Assembly: GCA_902526175.1 (NCBI GenBank)
Contig: CABZJY010000002.1
Location: 52,733-116,732 of the forward strand
DNA: 64,000 bases
Direction: 5' to 3'
Source: an uncultured Alphaproteobacteria bacterium
Lineage (GTDB): Bacteria; Pseudomonadota; Alphaproteobacteria; Methylaequorales; Methylaequoraceae
Below, one piece after another: positions 31,101 through 40,589 of the stretch; the first letter of the stretch is position 1, and every line of letters starts with the position of its first letter. Under the pieces are notes generated by a model. That model was not told the DNA's origin. It saw only the letters and a list, made by a program, of their open reading frames with translations, and ran no database searches. The position numbers and the translations under genes are program-made.

Positions 31101-32618
31101 TTATAAATTTACAGTAATTGCCTTCAATTCTGTATAATTTTTTAGTACTTCATGACCCATCTCACGACCCCAACCAGATTCTTTATATCCTCCAAATGGT
31201 AAAGAAGCATCAAAAATATTATGGCAATTAATCCATACAGTTCCGGATCTGATTTTTGCTGCCAATTTATGGGCTACACTAATATTCTTAGTCCATATGC
31301 TTGCAGCTAATCCAAAGTTAGTATTATTAGCTTCTGATGCAATTTTTTCTAAATTTTCATCAGAAAATGGTTGTGCGCAAACAACAGGACCAAAAATTTC
31401 TTCTTTTACTAGAGTCATATCAGCATTTGTTTTTGAAAATACTGTCGGATGAACAAAATGACCTCCGGAGGCATTATCATATTTACCGCCGGCTACAATT
31501 TCTCCACCTTCTTGCTTCCCAGATTCAATATAACCTGAAACTTTTTGGAACTGTTCGTCTGAAACAAGAGGACCCATTTCAGTAGATGTATCCATACCTG
31601 GCCCTACTTTAATGCCTTCTGCAATTTTCGAAATACCTTCAGTTACCTTTTCAAATATTTTCTCATGTGCAAAAAGCCTTGAACCAGCACAACAGCACTG
31701 TCCGTGATTAAAAAATATTGCGCTAGCAGCTCCAGCAATTGCTGCGTCTACATCGGCATCTGGAAAAATTATAGTCGGAGACTTTCCGCCTAATTCTAAA
31801 GAAACTTTTTTTAAATTTCCTGCAGAGGCTTGTGTAATTAACTTACCAACTTCAGTAGAACCAGTGAATGCTACCTTATCAACTTCAGGATGAGCTGCTA
31901 GAGGAGCTCCAGCTGCTTCACCTAAACCTGTTACAACATTCAAAACACCTTCTGGAAGCAAACCAGAGTCATTAATTATTTCGGTTAACCTCAGTGCTGA
32001 AAGAGGTGTTTGCTCTGCGGGTTTTAGTACAATTGTACAACCAGCAGCAAGTGCTGGCGCTAGTTTCCAGGCCATCATTAATAATGGAAAATTCCACGGA
32101 ATAATCTGACCTACAACTCCCACGGGCTCTCTCAATGTATATGAGTGATATTGGGCTCCAGGAGTATAAGGAACAGAAATAGGTATAGTTTCTCCTTCAA
32201 TTTTTGTTGCCCAACCAGCCATGTATCTCATAATGTCTGAAGAAAGAGGTACATCAGCAGCTCCAGCAATTGTAACTGGTTTTCCATTATCTAAGGACTC
32301 TAGCTGTGCAAGCTCTTCTGCATGTTTATCAATAAGATCTCCAATCTTCCAAATAATTTTTCCTCTTTCGTTAGTTGGAATAGAAGTCCATTTGCCTGAA
32401 TCAAATGCTTTTCTTGCTGCTTTTACAGCTAAATCAATGTCATTGCTATCTCCGGCTGCGCAAGTAGCAATTTGTTTGCCAGTTGCAGGATCTTCAACTT
32501 CAAACGTTTTTCCTGATTTTGAATCAACCCATTTACCATCAATATAAAGCTGTTTATTTTTTGATAAAAAGTTACTGACTCCGTCACTTACGTTATAATT
32601 TAATATAGTTGCATCCAT
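31101..32618 (-). CDS. NAD(P)-dependent aldehyde dehydrogenase
   Basis: 505 aa. ALDH signatures ELGGKSP (catalytic Glu) and FFNHGQCCCAGSR (catalytic Cys). Strong GGAGG Shine-Dalgarno upstream. Confidence 0.9.
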   Translation of the reverse strand: MDATILNYNVSDGVSNFLSKNKQLYIDGKWVDSKSGKTFEVEDPATGKQIATCAAGDSNDIDLAVKAARKAFDSGKWTSIPTNERGKIIWKIGDLIDKHAEELAQLESLDNGKPVTIAGAADVPLSSDIMRYMAGWATKIEGETIPISVPYTPGAQYHSYTLREPVGVVGQIIPWNFPLLMMAWKLAPALAAGCTIVLKPAEQTPLSALRLTEIINDSGLLPEGVLNVVTGLGEAAGAPLAAHPEVDKVAFTGSTEVGKLITQASAGNLKKVSLELGGKSPTIIFPDADVDAAIAGAASAIFFNHGQCCCAGSRLFAHEKIFEKVTEGISKIAEGIKVGPGMDTSTEMGPLVSDEQFQKVSGYIESGKQEGGEIVAGGKYDNASGGHFVHPTVFSKTNADMTLVKEEIFGPVVCAQPFSDENLEKIASEANNTNFGLAASIWTKNISVAHKLAAKIRSGTVWINCHNIFDASLPFGGYKESGWGREMGHEVLKNYTELKAITVNL

Positions 32619-32711
32619 TTATTTTCCTCCAATAGATATTAAAAATTAATTTAATTAAACCTCCTTTTTGGTTTGAGGTCAATCTCAAATATTAAATGAA
32701 ATTACAAGATA

Positions 32712-33185
32712 TTAAATTTTAGTTGGGTTTGGAGCGTTTGGATAAACAACATCTGGATCGAATGTTTTTTCTTTTTCTATGAACTCAAGATTTATATCAG
32801 ACTCTTTTTTTTTAAAGACTATTTTTCTATAAAAACAAGACTTATATCCAACATGACAGCTGGCGCCATTTCCTGAAACATTAACTGATATCCATAAACA
32901 GTCTTGATCATCATCAATTTTCATATCAACAATTTTTTGATAAAGACCACTAGATTCTCCCTTTTTCCAAATTAGGTTTCTACTTCTCGACCAATAGTGG
33001 GCTAGTCCAGTTTCAATAGAAAGTGATAGGGCCTCTTTATTCATATATCCATGCATTAAGATAAGTCCCGAAGAATCTTCAGAAGTAATTACCGGTATAA
33101 GACCTTTTTCATCAAATTTTGGTTGAAGAATTTTACCTTCCTCAATTTCATAGACATTTTTTCTTTTTCCAAAATTCAAGGTCAT
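32712..33185 (-). CDS. hisI: phosphoribosyl-AMP cyclohydrolase
   Basis: 157 aa. Conserved [11 protein letters not shown]...[13 protein letters not shown] block of HisI. Confidence 0.85.
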   Translation of the reverse strand: MTLNFGKRKNVYEIEEGKILQPKFDEKGLIPVITSEDSSGLILMHGYMNKEALSLSIETGLAHYWSRSRNLIWKKGESSGLYQKIVDMKIDDDQDCLWISVNVSGNGASCHVGYKSCFYRKIVFKKKESDINLEFIEKEKTFDPDVVYPNAPNPTKI

Positions 33186-33784
33186 TTTTTTATGAGTAAA
33201 TAGAACTTTTCTTCTAATTCCCTTTTCTTAAAACTACCAGTTAAAGTACAAGTTGTTGTTGATACATTAGGTTTATTAACACCTCTTGTTGTCATGCATT
33301 GATGAAATGCCTCAATATATACTGCAACTCCTTTTGGTTTTAAATATTTTTGTATGCTATCAGCAATCTGTTTAGTCATAGTTTCTTGAGTTTGGAGTCT
33401 TTTGGCAAAAATATCAACAACTCTAGCTATTTTTGATATACCAACAACATTTTTATTTGGCAAATAGGCAATATGAACCTTACCAATTATTGGAACCATG
33501 TGATGTTCACAGTGAGAATTTAGATCTATATCTTTTAGTAAAACAAAGTCATTATATCCTTGAACATCATCAAATGTTTTTGAAAGAATTTCTCTTGGAT
33601 CTTCTTTGTAACCAGAAAAAAATTCAGAATAGGCTTTAACAACTCTTTTTGGGGTATCAATTAGTCCCTCCCTTTTAGGATCGTCACCAGCCCATTTTAT
33701 AAGCGTTTCTACCGCTTTCATGGCTTCTTGTAAGGTAACATCAGGTTTTTTTACTGAAGATTTTTTTGGGACACTGGCATCCAT
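33182..33784 (-). CDS. folE: GTP cyclohydrolase I
   Basis: 200 aa. [20 protein letters not shown] signature and the QERLT-equivalent RLQTQETMT. Confidence 0.95.
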   Translation of the reverse strand: MDASVPKKSSVKKPDVTLQEAMKAVETLIKWAGDDPKREGLIDTPKRVVKAYSEFFSGYKEDPREILSKTFDDVQGYNDFVLLKDIDLNSHCEHHMVPIIGKVHIAYLPNKNVVGISKIARVVDIFAKRLQTQETMTKQIADSIQKYLKPKGVAVYIEAFHQCMTTRGVNKPNVSTTTCTLTGSFKKRELEEKFYLLIKK

Positions 33785-33946
33785 TGGTAATTCCTTTTTG
33801 TAATATTATATTATTTAGATTGTAATTAAAAAATAAAAATAAAGTTTTTTTCAAATTCAATATGTTAAAATTCTTAAAATTAATTTCATCATCTTAATTT
33901 TTATTATATAAATTAATATCAAAAATTAATCTAAATTGCATAAGAA

Positions 33947-35596
33947 ATGAAGTTCAAATTAATAAATGGCAAGATATATGATCCATCACAAAAAATAAAT
34001 GGAGAAATAAAAAATATTTATATTGATGGTGATCGAATTGTGAACCCAACTAAAAAAGAAAAAGAAAAATATAATACTAAATATGACTTAAAGAATATGG
34101 TTGTAATGGCTGGGGGTGTAGATATTCATTCTCACATTGCTGGAGGTAATGTTAATAATGCAAGAGTTCTGATGCCCGAAGTTCATAAAAAATTTACTGA
34201 AAATCAATTGAATAATAGGAATCATTTACCTGGAAAAGGAACAAGATGGTCAACTAATGGTACTGGATATAGATACGCTGAAATGGGTTTTACAACTGTT
34301 GTTGAACCTGCTGTCCTTCCAATTAATTCTTTTTCTGTTCATCTTGAGTTAGAAAATATACCTCTTATAGATAAAGCTGGGTTAGCTGTTATGGGCAATG
34401 ATACATTCTTGCTTGATTGTTTAAATAAAAAAAAGGACCAAGATTATATTAATAATTATATAGCTTGGACACTGATTAATAGCAAATGCCTTGGTATTAA
34501 AGTTATTAATGCAGGTGGAAGTGAGTCTTTCAAAAGAGGTTCTAGAGAATTTAGCTTAGATGATACAGTCCCAAGTTATGGTGTTTCATCAAGAAACATA
34601 CTTAATACAATATGTAAAGCAAATGAACAATTAAAAATACCCCACCCACTACATGTACATTGTAATAATTTAGGATTACCTGGAAATGTAAAAACTGCAT
34701 TAGACACTATAGACGCTGCTGAGGGAAGGAAAATGCATCTAGCTCATGTCCAATTTTATGGTTATGATGATGAAGGTAAAAAAGGTTTTTCTTCAGGTGC
34801 AGTAAAATTAACAGAATCAATCAATAAAAACAAAAATATCACTGTTGATGTCGGGCAAGTAATGTTTAAACCAACAGTCACAATTTCATCAGATATTCTT
34901 AGACAATTTGAGGCAAGAAAACATGCGTTTCCAAAAAAATACATTATTTCTGAGGCAGAGGATGGCGGTGGTGGAATAGTACCTTATGAATACAAAATGA
35001 AAAATTTTGTTAACTCTCTTCAATGGATTATCGGACTTGAATTATTTTTATTAATTGATGATCCTTGGAGAGTATTTTTAACAACTGATCACCCTAACGG
35101 TGCACCATTCACTTCTTATCCAAAATTATTTAGGTTATTAATGGATTACAATTATAGAATGGAAGAACTCACTAAAATTAATAAACTTGCCTTAGACTTT
35201 TCATTTCTTAAACAAATTAAAAGAACATACAACTTATATGAAATAGCCATAATGACAAGATCTGCACCAGCTAAATTACTAGGGTTAAAAGGTTATGGTA
35301 GTTTAAAAGCTGGCTCTAAAGCTGATATAACTGTTTATGATAGTAATTTACCTATAGACAAAATGTTTTCTTCAGCCAAATTTGTATTTAAAGATGGAGA
35401 AAATATTGTAAAAGACGGAAGGGTAATAAAATACAAGGAAAGTAGAACGCATTGTCTTAAATTTGACTATGACGTTTCTATTAAAAAAGATATTCAAAAA
35501 TGGTTTAATAAAAATTATGCCTTTGATATTGATAATTTATCCGTGGACGCAGAATTCTTTAGAACAAATAATTTTAAGTTTCTTAATATCAACTAA
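33947..35596 (+). CDS. FwdA/FhcA-like amidohydrolase (formylmethanofuran dehydrogenase subunit A family)
   Basis: 549 aa. Amidohydrolase metal motif GGVDIHSHIAGG near the N-terminus. Length and overall pattern recall the FwdA family. No other Fwd/Fhc subunits are nearby. Family call is from memory. Confidence 0.6.
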   Translation: MKFKLINGKIYDPSQKINGEIKNIYIDGDRIVNPTKKEKEKYNTKYDLKNMVVMAGGVDIHSHIAGGNVNNARVLMPEVHKKFTENQLNNRNHLPGKGTRWSTNGTGYRYAEMGFTTVVEPAVLPINSFSVHLELENIPLIDKAGLAVMGNDTFLLDCLNKKKDQDYINNYIAWTLINSKCLGIKVINAGGSESFKRGSREFSLDDTVPSYGVSSRNILNTICKANEQLKIPHPLHVHCNNLGLPGNVKTALDTIDAAEGRKMHLAHVQFYGYDDEGKKGFSSGAVKLTESINKNKNITVDVGQVMFKPTVTISSDILRQFEARKHAFPKKYIISEAEDGGGGIVPYEYKMKNFVNSLQWIIGLELFLLIDDPWRVFLTTDHPNGAPFTSYPKLFRLLMDYNYRMEELTKINKLALDFSFLKQIKRTYNLYEIAIMTRSAPAKLLGLKGYGSLKAGSKADITVYDSNLPIDKMFSSAKFVFKDGENIVKDGRVIKYKESRTHCLKFDYDVSIKKDIQKWFNKNYAFDIDNLSVDAEFFRTNNFKFLNIN

Positions 35597-35627
35597 TTTT
35601 TTCTTAAGCAAATTCAGATTTAAAGAA

Positions 35628-36521
35628 TTAAATTTTAATCCATCTTTTTGAACTTGGGTTCGGTTTAAACAAATTCGGATGTAAAATTTCACAAAGAATA
35701 TTTATATTTTCTATAAGACCTGGACCAGGTCTATTAAAGTACTTATTACCATCAACAATATAATTTTCTTTTGACGAAAATTTTTTATCTAAAAAATTAT
35801 GAGATAAAAGTTCATTTTTAGACTTTAAAATATCATATCCACAAGGCATATATATTACTTTTTCAAATTCTGAAAATTTAAGTTCTTCAATTTTTATAAA
35901 TTTAGAATGTTCACCTGAATTGGAAAAAACGCTTTTCCCTTTTACCAGTTTAACTAATTCAGGTACCCAATTTCCAGCAATCATGATTGGATCTAACCAT
36001 TCTACACATAAAACGTTTTTTCTTTTGGTATTTTTAAGTTTTATTTTTACTTCTTTTACGTGACTATTATAAGTATTTATTATTGATTTAGCTTTTTCAA
36101 GAGCATCACAATTAATACCTATTTGTTTAATATCATTCAAAATATCATTTAATTTTTTTGGTTGAAGATCTATTAACAGAGGTTTTCGTCCTAACCAACT
36201 TTCTAGGCATATTTCTATTTGAGATAATGAAACTGCACAAACAGAGCATTGTGATTGTGTGATAATAATATCTGGATTTAAATTTTTTAGTAAATCTGTA
36301 TCTACCTCATAAACTGACAAACCTAAGCTAAGAATTTTTTTTATTTCAGTATTAATATCCAATGATGATTGATTTAATTTAATATTACTTTTTGTTAATC
36401 TTGGAAGATTTAATACATCTTTTGGATTATCACATTCATGTGAAACACCAATGAGTTTATCAAAGAGTCCTAATGAACAAACAATCTCTGTAGCACTTGG
36501 AATTAAGCTAATAATTTTCAT
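35628..36521 (-). CDS. cytoplasmic periplasmic-binding-protein-fold protein (BtuF/TroA-like, no signal peptide)
   Basis: 297 aa. N-terminus MKIISLIPSATEIVCSLGL is typical of class 8 binding proteins, but there is no leader peptide. 4-nt overlap with the pdeM-like gene upstream. Confidence 0.6.
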   Translation of the reverse strand: MKIISLIPSATEIVCSLGLFDKLIGVSHECDNPKDVLNLPRLTKSNIKLNQSSLDINTEIKKILSLGLSVYEVDTDLLKNLNPDIIITQSQCSVCAVSLSQIEICLESWLGRKPLLIDLQPKKLNDILNDIKQIGINCDALEKAKSIINTYNSHVKEVKIKLKNTKRKNVLCVEWLDPIMIAGNWVPELVKLVKGKSVFSNSGEHSKFIKIEELKFSEFEKVIYMPCGYDILKSKNELLSHNFLDKKFSSKENYIVDGNKYFNRPGPGLIENINILCEILHPNLFKPNPSSKRWIKI

Positions 36522-37192
36522 TTAAGTTTCGATTGTAGTTGATTAGAGCCAAATTTAAATATATTTTTTTCATCGATCAAATAGTAATCTCTTTTAGACT
36601 CAAGAAATTCGTCAAAAACTTTATTTTGTACATCTATTCCACCTGTATAAACTCCAAAAGCTGGTAAACATATTTTTTTTTTAGTAACGATAAAGCAGTT
36701 TTTTGAAATTTTTTTATTTCTAAATTTTAAATATGCTTTTGGATGATAATGACCAAAAATTTCATATAATCCCAAGTTTGACGGTTGATGAGAAAAAATT
36801 ATATCTTTAATTTTATAATAAGAATATTTTTTTGTATTCGGTATATTTATATTTTTATCATGATTACCATAAACAAAAATAGTGTAAAAGTTATTAGTAA
36901 TGTAATCAAAAATCAATTTTGATTTTCTTTCAAGTCTTTCATAAGCACCATTGTCATGAAAGATATCACCTAAAAAAATTATCTTGTCCACTTTTAATTT
37001 GAGTAAATTTTCTTTGAGTTTTGTCAACGTTTCAAAGCTATCATAAGGTGGTAATAAACTCCCATACTTCGCAAAATATGATGATTTCTCTAAATGTAAG
37101 TCAGCAATAATGAGTGAAAATTCATCCGGCCAGTACAGGATTCCGGATGGCATTAAAATAAAATGATTTTTTTTAAATAAAATTTTTTTCAT
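36518..37192 (-). CDS. pdeM: ligase-associated DNA damage response metallophosphoesterase (PdeM-like)
   Basis: 224 aa. Calcineurin-like motifs (DLHLEK, GDIFHD, GNHD, GHYHP). 4-nt overlap with the Lhr-like helicase gene. Confidence 0.75.
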   Translation of the reverse strand: MKKILFKKNHFILMPSGILYWPDEFSLIIADLHLEKSSYFAKYGSLLPPYDSFETLTKLKENLLKLKVDKIIFLGDIFHDNGAYERLERKSKLIFDYITNNFYTIFVYGNHDKNINIPNTKKYSYYKIKDIIFSHQPSNLGLYEIFGHYHPKAYLKFRNKKISKNCFIVTKKKICLPAFGVYTGGIDVQNKVFDEFLESKRDYYLIDEKNIFKFGSNQLQSKLK

Positions 37193-39600
37193 TTAAGCCC
37201 AGCTTCAAGTAGCAACTTTTTTTCAATTTCATTTAAATAATATTCATCAACAATGTCTTTATTTAAGACTTCAGTATTTATTTGTAAAATTAATGGAATT
37301 GAAAGAGGAGAAGGCTTTTTAAGATTTTTAATTAAAATATTTTTGTTAATCTTTAGGACGTATTTTTCTAATCTATCAATTTCAATTAGATCTCTTTTAG
37401 ATTCTTCTTCTGTTGCACGAATTAAAATATGATTTCTCTCATATTTTTTAAGAACTTTAAAAATAAGATCAGAATTAATAGACAAATGATTTTTTTTCTT
37501 ATTTGGAAAGCCCCTATCTAGTAAACCAGAAATGACAGATACTTTTTTAAAATTTCTTCGGAAAAGTGACGATTCTTCCAACCAGTTAATTAAAGACTTT
37601 TTAAAATTATTAAACTCGAATAATTCATTTACATTTTTAATTTTTTTGTTGACCCATATAGCAAGAGCATAATCAGTGCAAACAAAACCCAATGCCTTAA
37701 TTCCCTGAAATTCAAGTTTTTTAGAGATTACAAATCCTAAAGTCTGATTAACATTACTTCCCTCAAAAGTATAAAAAAGATAATAAACTTCATTAATACT
37801 GCCTATATTTCTTGGGAATGATTCTATTAACATGCCATTTTGGGGTGGAAGTATAGAATTTTTTTTTTGTGATTCTAACCAAGTGATTATCGTACTAGGT
37901 AATTTTTTCCATTTGTCTTTATTATTTATAAGTTCTATAACCCTAAAGGCCAATTTGGTTGATAGAGGCATTTTTCCTCCAGCGTAACTTGGAATTTTTG
38001 GTCTATGTGCTTTTGTTCTACTAACTTTTACAATATTCATTTTTATAGATTCCAACGCCAATATTTCACCACCAAATAAAAATGTATCTCCTTTCTCTAA
38101 CCTTTTAATAAACCACTCTTCTATTTGGCCAAGTTTTTTATTATTTAACTTAACTTCTAGCATTTCTGATTCAACAATTGTTCCTACATTCATTTTGTAT
38201 TGTTTTATAAATTTTTTTTTTTTAATCTCATATCTTCCATTAGATTTTTTTTCTAATTTTCTAAACTGATCATAATTTGATAAAGAGTATCCACCTGTTG
38301 ATAAAAAATTTAAAACTTCATTGAAGGTTTTTTTACTTATATCCCTGAATGGCCATGATTTTAGAATGTTAGAGTATAATGAGTCTGAACAAAACTCTGT
38401 AGAGCATGCCACCCCTGTTATGTGTTGTGCTAAAACGTCAATAGAACCTTTGCGATGAATTATTTCTTCTAAATCATTTTCTTTAATTGCCTGAATGGCA
38501 ACGGTACATTCTAAAAATTCAAATTTGTTAGTTGGGACGAGATAAGCGGTTGATTGACCATCTAAAAAATGATTACTTCTTCCAATTCTTTGAACTAATC
38601 TTGTTACCCCTTTTGGAGCACCAATCTGTATAATTAAATTTACACTAGACCAGTCAATTCCAAGGTCTAATGAACTTGTTGCAATAACACAATCAAGCTC
38701 GCCATTAGCCATTTTATTTTCAACCTGTAATCTTATTCTTTTTTCTAAACTTCCATGATGAAGTGCAATCTTTAATTTTTTTTCATTAATTTTCCATAAA
38801 TTTTGGAATAAGAGTTCTGCTTGAGCTCTCGTATTTACAAAGATAATACATTTATTTCCTTCTAATTTTTCATAGATAAGTTTAATTGCATATTGGGGTG
38901 TATAACCTGTCCAAGGAATATTATGGATGTCACTTAAAATTTTGACACTAATTTGTTTTTTTACTTTGGCATTAATTAAAAAAGCTTTCTTATTACAAAA
39001 GTATCTACATGCATCCTCACAGTCTTTTATTGTTGCAGATAACATTATTTTTTTGTGAGATTTTGATATGTTATTTAGTCTTGCTAAATTTAGGGAGAGA
39101 AGCTCACCTCTTTTTTTGTTTAGAAAGGTATGTATTTCATCAATAATTACAAATTTAATATTTTTAAAAAATTCATATGAACTCTTTTCTGACATCAAGA
39201 TTGCAAATGATTCAATTGTTGTCATTAAAATATTAGGTGGATTTAATAATTGATTTTTTTTTCTAATATGGCTGGTATCACCAGTTCTAGTATCAATTCT
39301 GATATTAATATCAATTTCATTGAGTGTTTCAATAATGTTTCTTTCTATATCATAAGTTAGAGATTTTAGTGGAGAAATATATAATGTGTGAAGAATTTTA
39401 TTTGATTTCTTTAACTGCGAAAGATCAAGAAGTGATGGAAGAAATCCTGAAAGAGTCTTTCCTGTGCCTGTTGGTGAGGTTAATAAGATGTTATCTTCAA
39501 TGTTAACATTTTTTAATATTTCTTTTTGGTGCCTGTATAAAGACCAACCCTTTTTTATTAACCAAGATGATATTATATTACTATCTTTATTATTTTTCAT
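37189..39600 (-). CDS. ligase-associated DEXH-box helicase (Lhr-like)
   Basis: 803 aa. Walker A SPTGTGKT, DEIH box (IIDEIHTF), helicase C motifs (QRIGRSNH), and a C-terminal DEAD-associated domain. Confidence 0.85.
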   Translation of the reverse strand: MKNNKDSNIISSWLIKKGWSLYRHQKEILKNVNIEDNILLTSPTGTGKTLSGFLPSLLDLSQLKKSNKILHTLYISPLKSLTYDIERNIIETLNEIDINIRIDTRTGDTSHIRKKNQLLNPPNILMTTIESFAILMSEKSSYEFFKNIKFVIIDEIHTFLNKKRGELLSLNLARLNNISKSHKKIMLSATIKDCEDACRYFCNKKAFLINAKVKKQISVKILSDIHNIPWTGYTPQYAIKLIYEKLEGNKCIIFVNTRAQAELLFQNLWKINEKKLKIALHHGSLEKRIRLQVENKMANGELDCVIATSSLDLGIDWSSVNLIIQIGAPKGVTRLVQRIGRSNHFLDGQSTAYLVPTNKFEFLECTVAIQAIKENDLEEIIHRKGSIDVLAQHITGVACSTEFCSDSLYSNILKSWPFRDISKKTFNEVLNFLSTGGYSLSNYDQFRKLEKKSNGRYEIKKKKFIKQYKMNVGTIVESEMLEVKLNNKKLGQIEEWFIKRLEKGDTFLFGGEILALESIKMNIVKVSRTKAHRPKIPSYAGGKMPLSTKLAFRVIELINNKDKWKKLPSTIITWLESQKKNSILPPQNGMLIESFPRNIGSINEVYYLFYTFEGSNVNQTLGFVISKKLEFQGIKALGFVCTDYALAIWVNKKIKNVNELFEFNNFKKSLINWLEESSLFRRNFKKVSVISGLLDRGFPNKKKNHLSINSDLIFKVLKKYERNHILIRATEEESKRDLIEIDRLEKYVLKINKNILIKNLKKPSPLSIPLILQINTEVLNKDIVDEYYLNEIEKKLLLEAGLK

Positions 39601-39608
39601 TTTAAATT

Positions 39609-40589
39609 ATGCATCTACTAGATTACAGATTAAATATAGTACCAATAAATGTATTTATCGACCCTCAATATCCTGTTGAAAAAGCAATTATTACTCATGC
39701 TCATGCTGATCATGCAAAACCTGGTCATAAAAAAGTACTCGGCACAAAAGAAACTTTAGAAATCATGAAATTAAGATATGGTAAAACCTGTGCAGGAGAG
39801 TTTCAATATATAAATTATGGTCAAAAGATACAAATTGATGATGTGTCAATTACGTTATATCCAGCTGGACACATTATTGGAAGTTCACAAGTTTTATTAG
39901 AATATAAGAATCATAAAATAGTTGTAACTGGAGATTACAAGACAAAAAAGGATACCACTGCAACCTCCTTCGAATTAGTCAAATGTAACACATTAGTTAC
40001 AGAAGCAACTTTTGGGTTACCAATATTTAAACATCCCGATCCAAATAAAGAAGTTAGAAAAATTCTTGATTCAATTAAAATAAATAATGATAAAGATCAT
40101 TTAATTGGTGTTTACGCACTTGGTAAAGCACAAAGATTAATAAAACTATTTAGGGAAAATGGTTTTGATGAAAATATTTTTATTCATGGAGCTTTGAATA
40201 AAATTTGTAACTATTACGAGGATAAAGGTATAAATTTAGGTAAATTAAAAATGTTAACTAAAGATAGTTTTGATATAGAACCAAAAATTATTTTAGCACC
40301 ACCCTCAGCATTAAAAGATAGATGGTCTAGAAGATTTAAAAAAAAAATTATATCACAAGCATCAGGATGGATGAATATTAAACAAAGAGTAAAACAAAGT
40401 TTAATTGAAATTCCTTTAGTAATCTCTGATCATGCAGATTGGAATGAGTTAACTAAAACAATTTTAAATTGTGGTGCAGAAAATATTTGGGTAACTCATG
40501 GAAGAGAAGAGGGGCTTGTTCATTGGTGTACGAGAAAAGGATTAAATGCAAAACCTCTTTCTATTAAAGGAAGAGATGAGGAGATATAG
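39609..40589 (+). CDS. ligase-associated DNA damage response exonuclease (metallo-beta-lactamase/beta-CASP-like)
   Basis: 326 aa. HAHADH motif. Divergent from the helicase and immediately upstream of the ATP-dependent ligase. Confidence 0.8.
   Translation: MHLLDYRLNIVPINVFIDPQYPVEKAIITHAHADHAKPGHKKVLGTKETLEIMKLRYGKTCAGEFQYINYGQKIQIDDVSITLYPAGHIIGSSQVLLEYKNHKIVVTGDYKTKKDTTATSFELVKCNTLVTEATFGLPIFKHPDPNKEVRKILDSIKINNDKDHLIGVYALGKAQRLIKLFRENGFDENIFIHGALNKICNYYEDKGINLGKLKMLTKDSFDIEPKIILAPPSALKDRWSRRFKKKIISQASGWMNIKQRVKQSLIEIPLVISDHADWNELTKTILNCGAENIWVTHGREEGLVHWCTRKGLNAKPLSIKGRDEEI

Noticed and set aside
31101-32618. Higher apparent G+C of the ALDH gene (and katG) as evidence of horizontal transfer
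   Set aside because: Both are highly conserved Gly/Ala/Pro-rich enzymes, so amino-acid constraint alone raises G+C in an AT-rich genome. Transfer cannot be concluded without phylogeny or genome-wide codon statistics.
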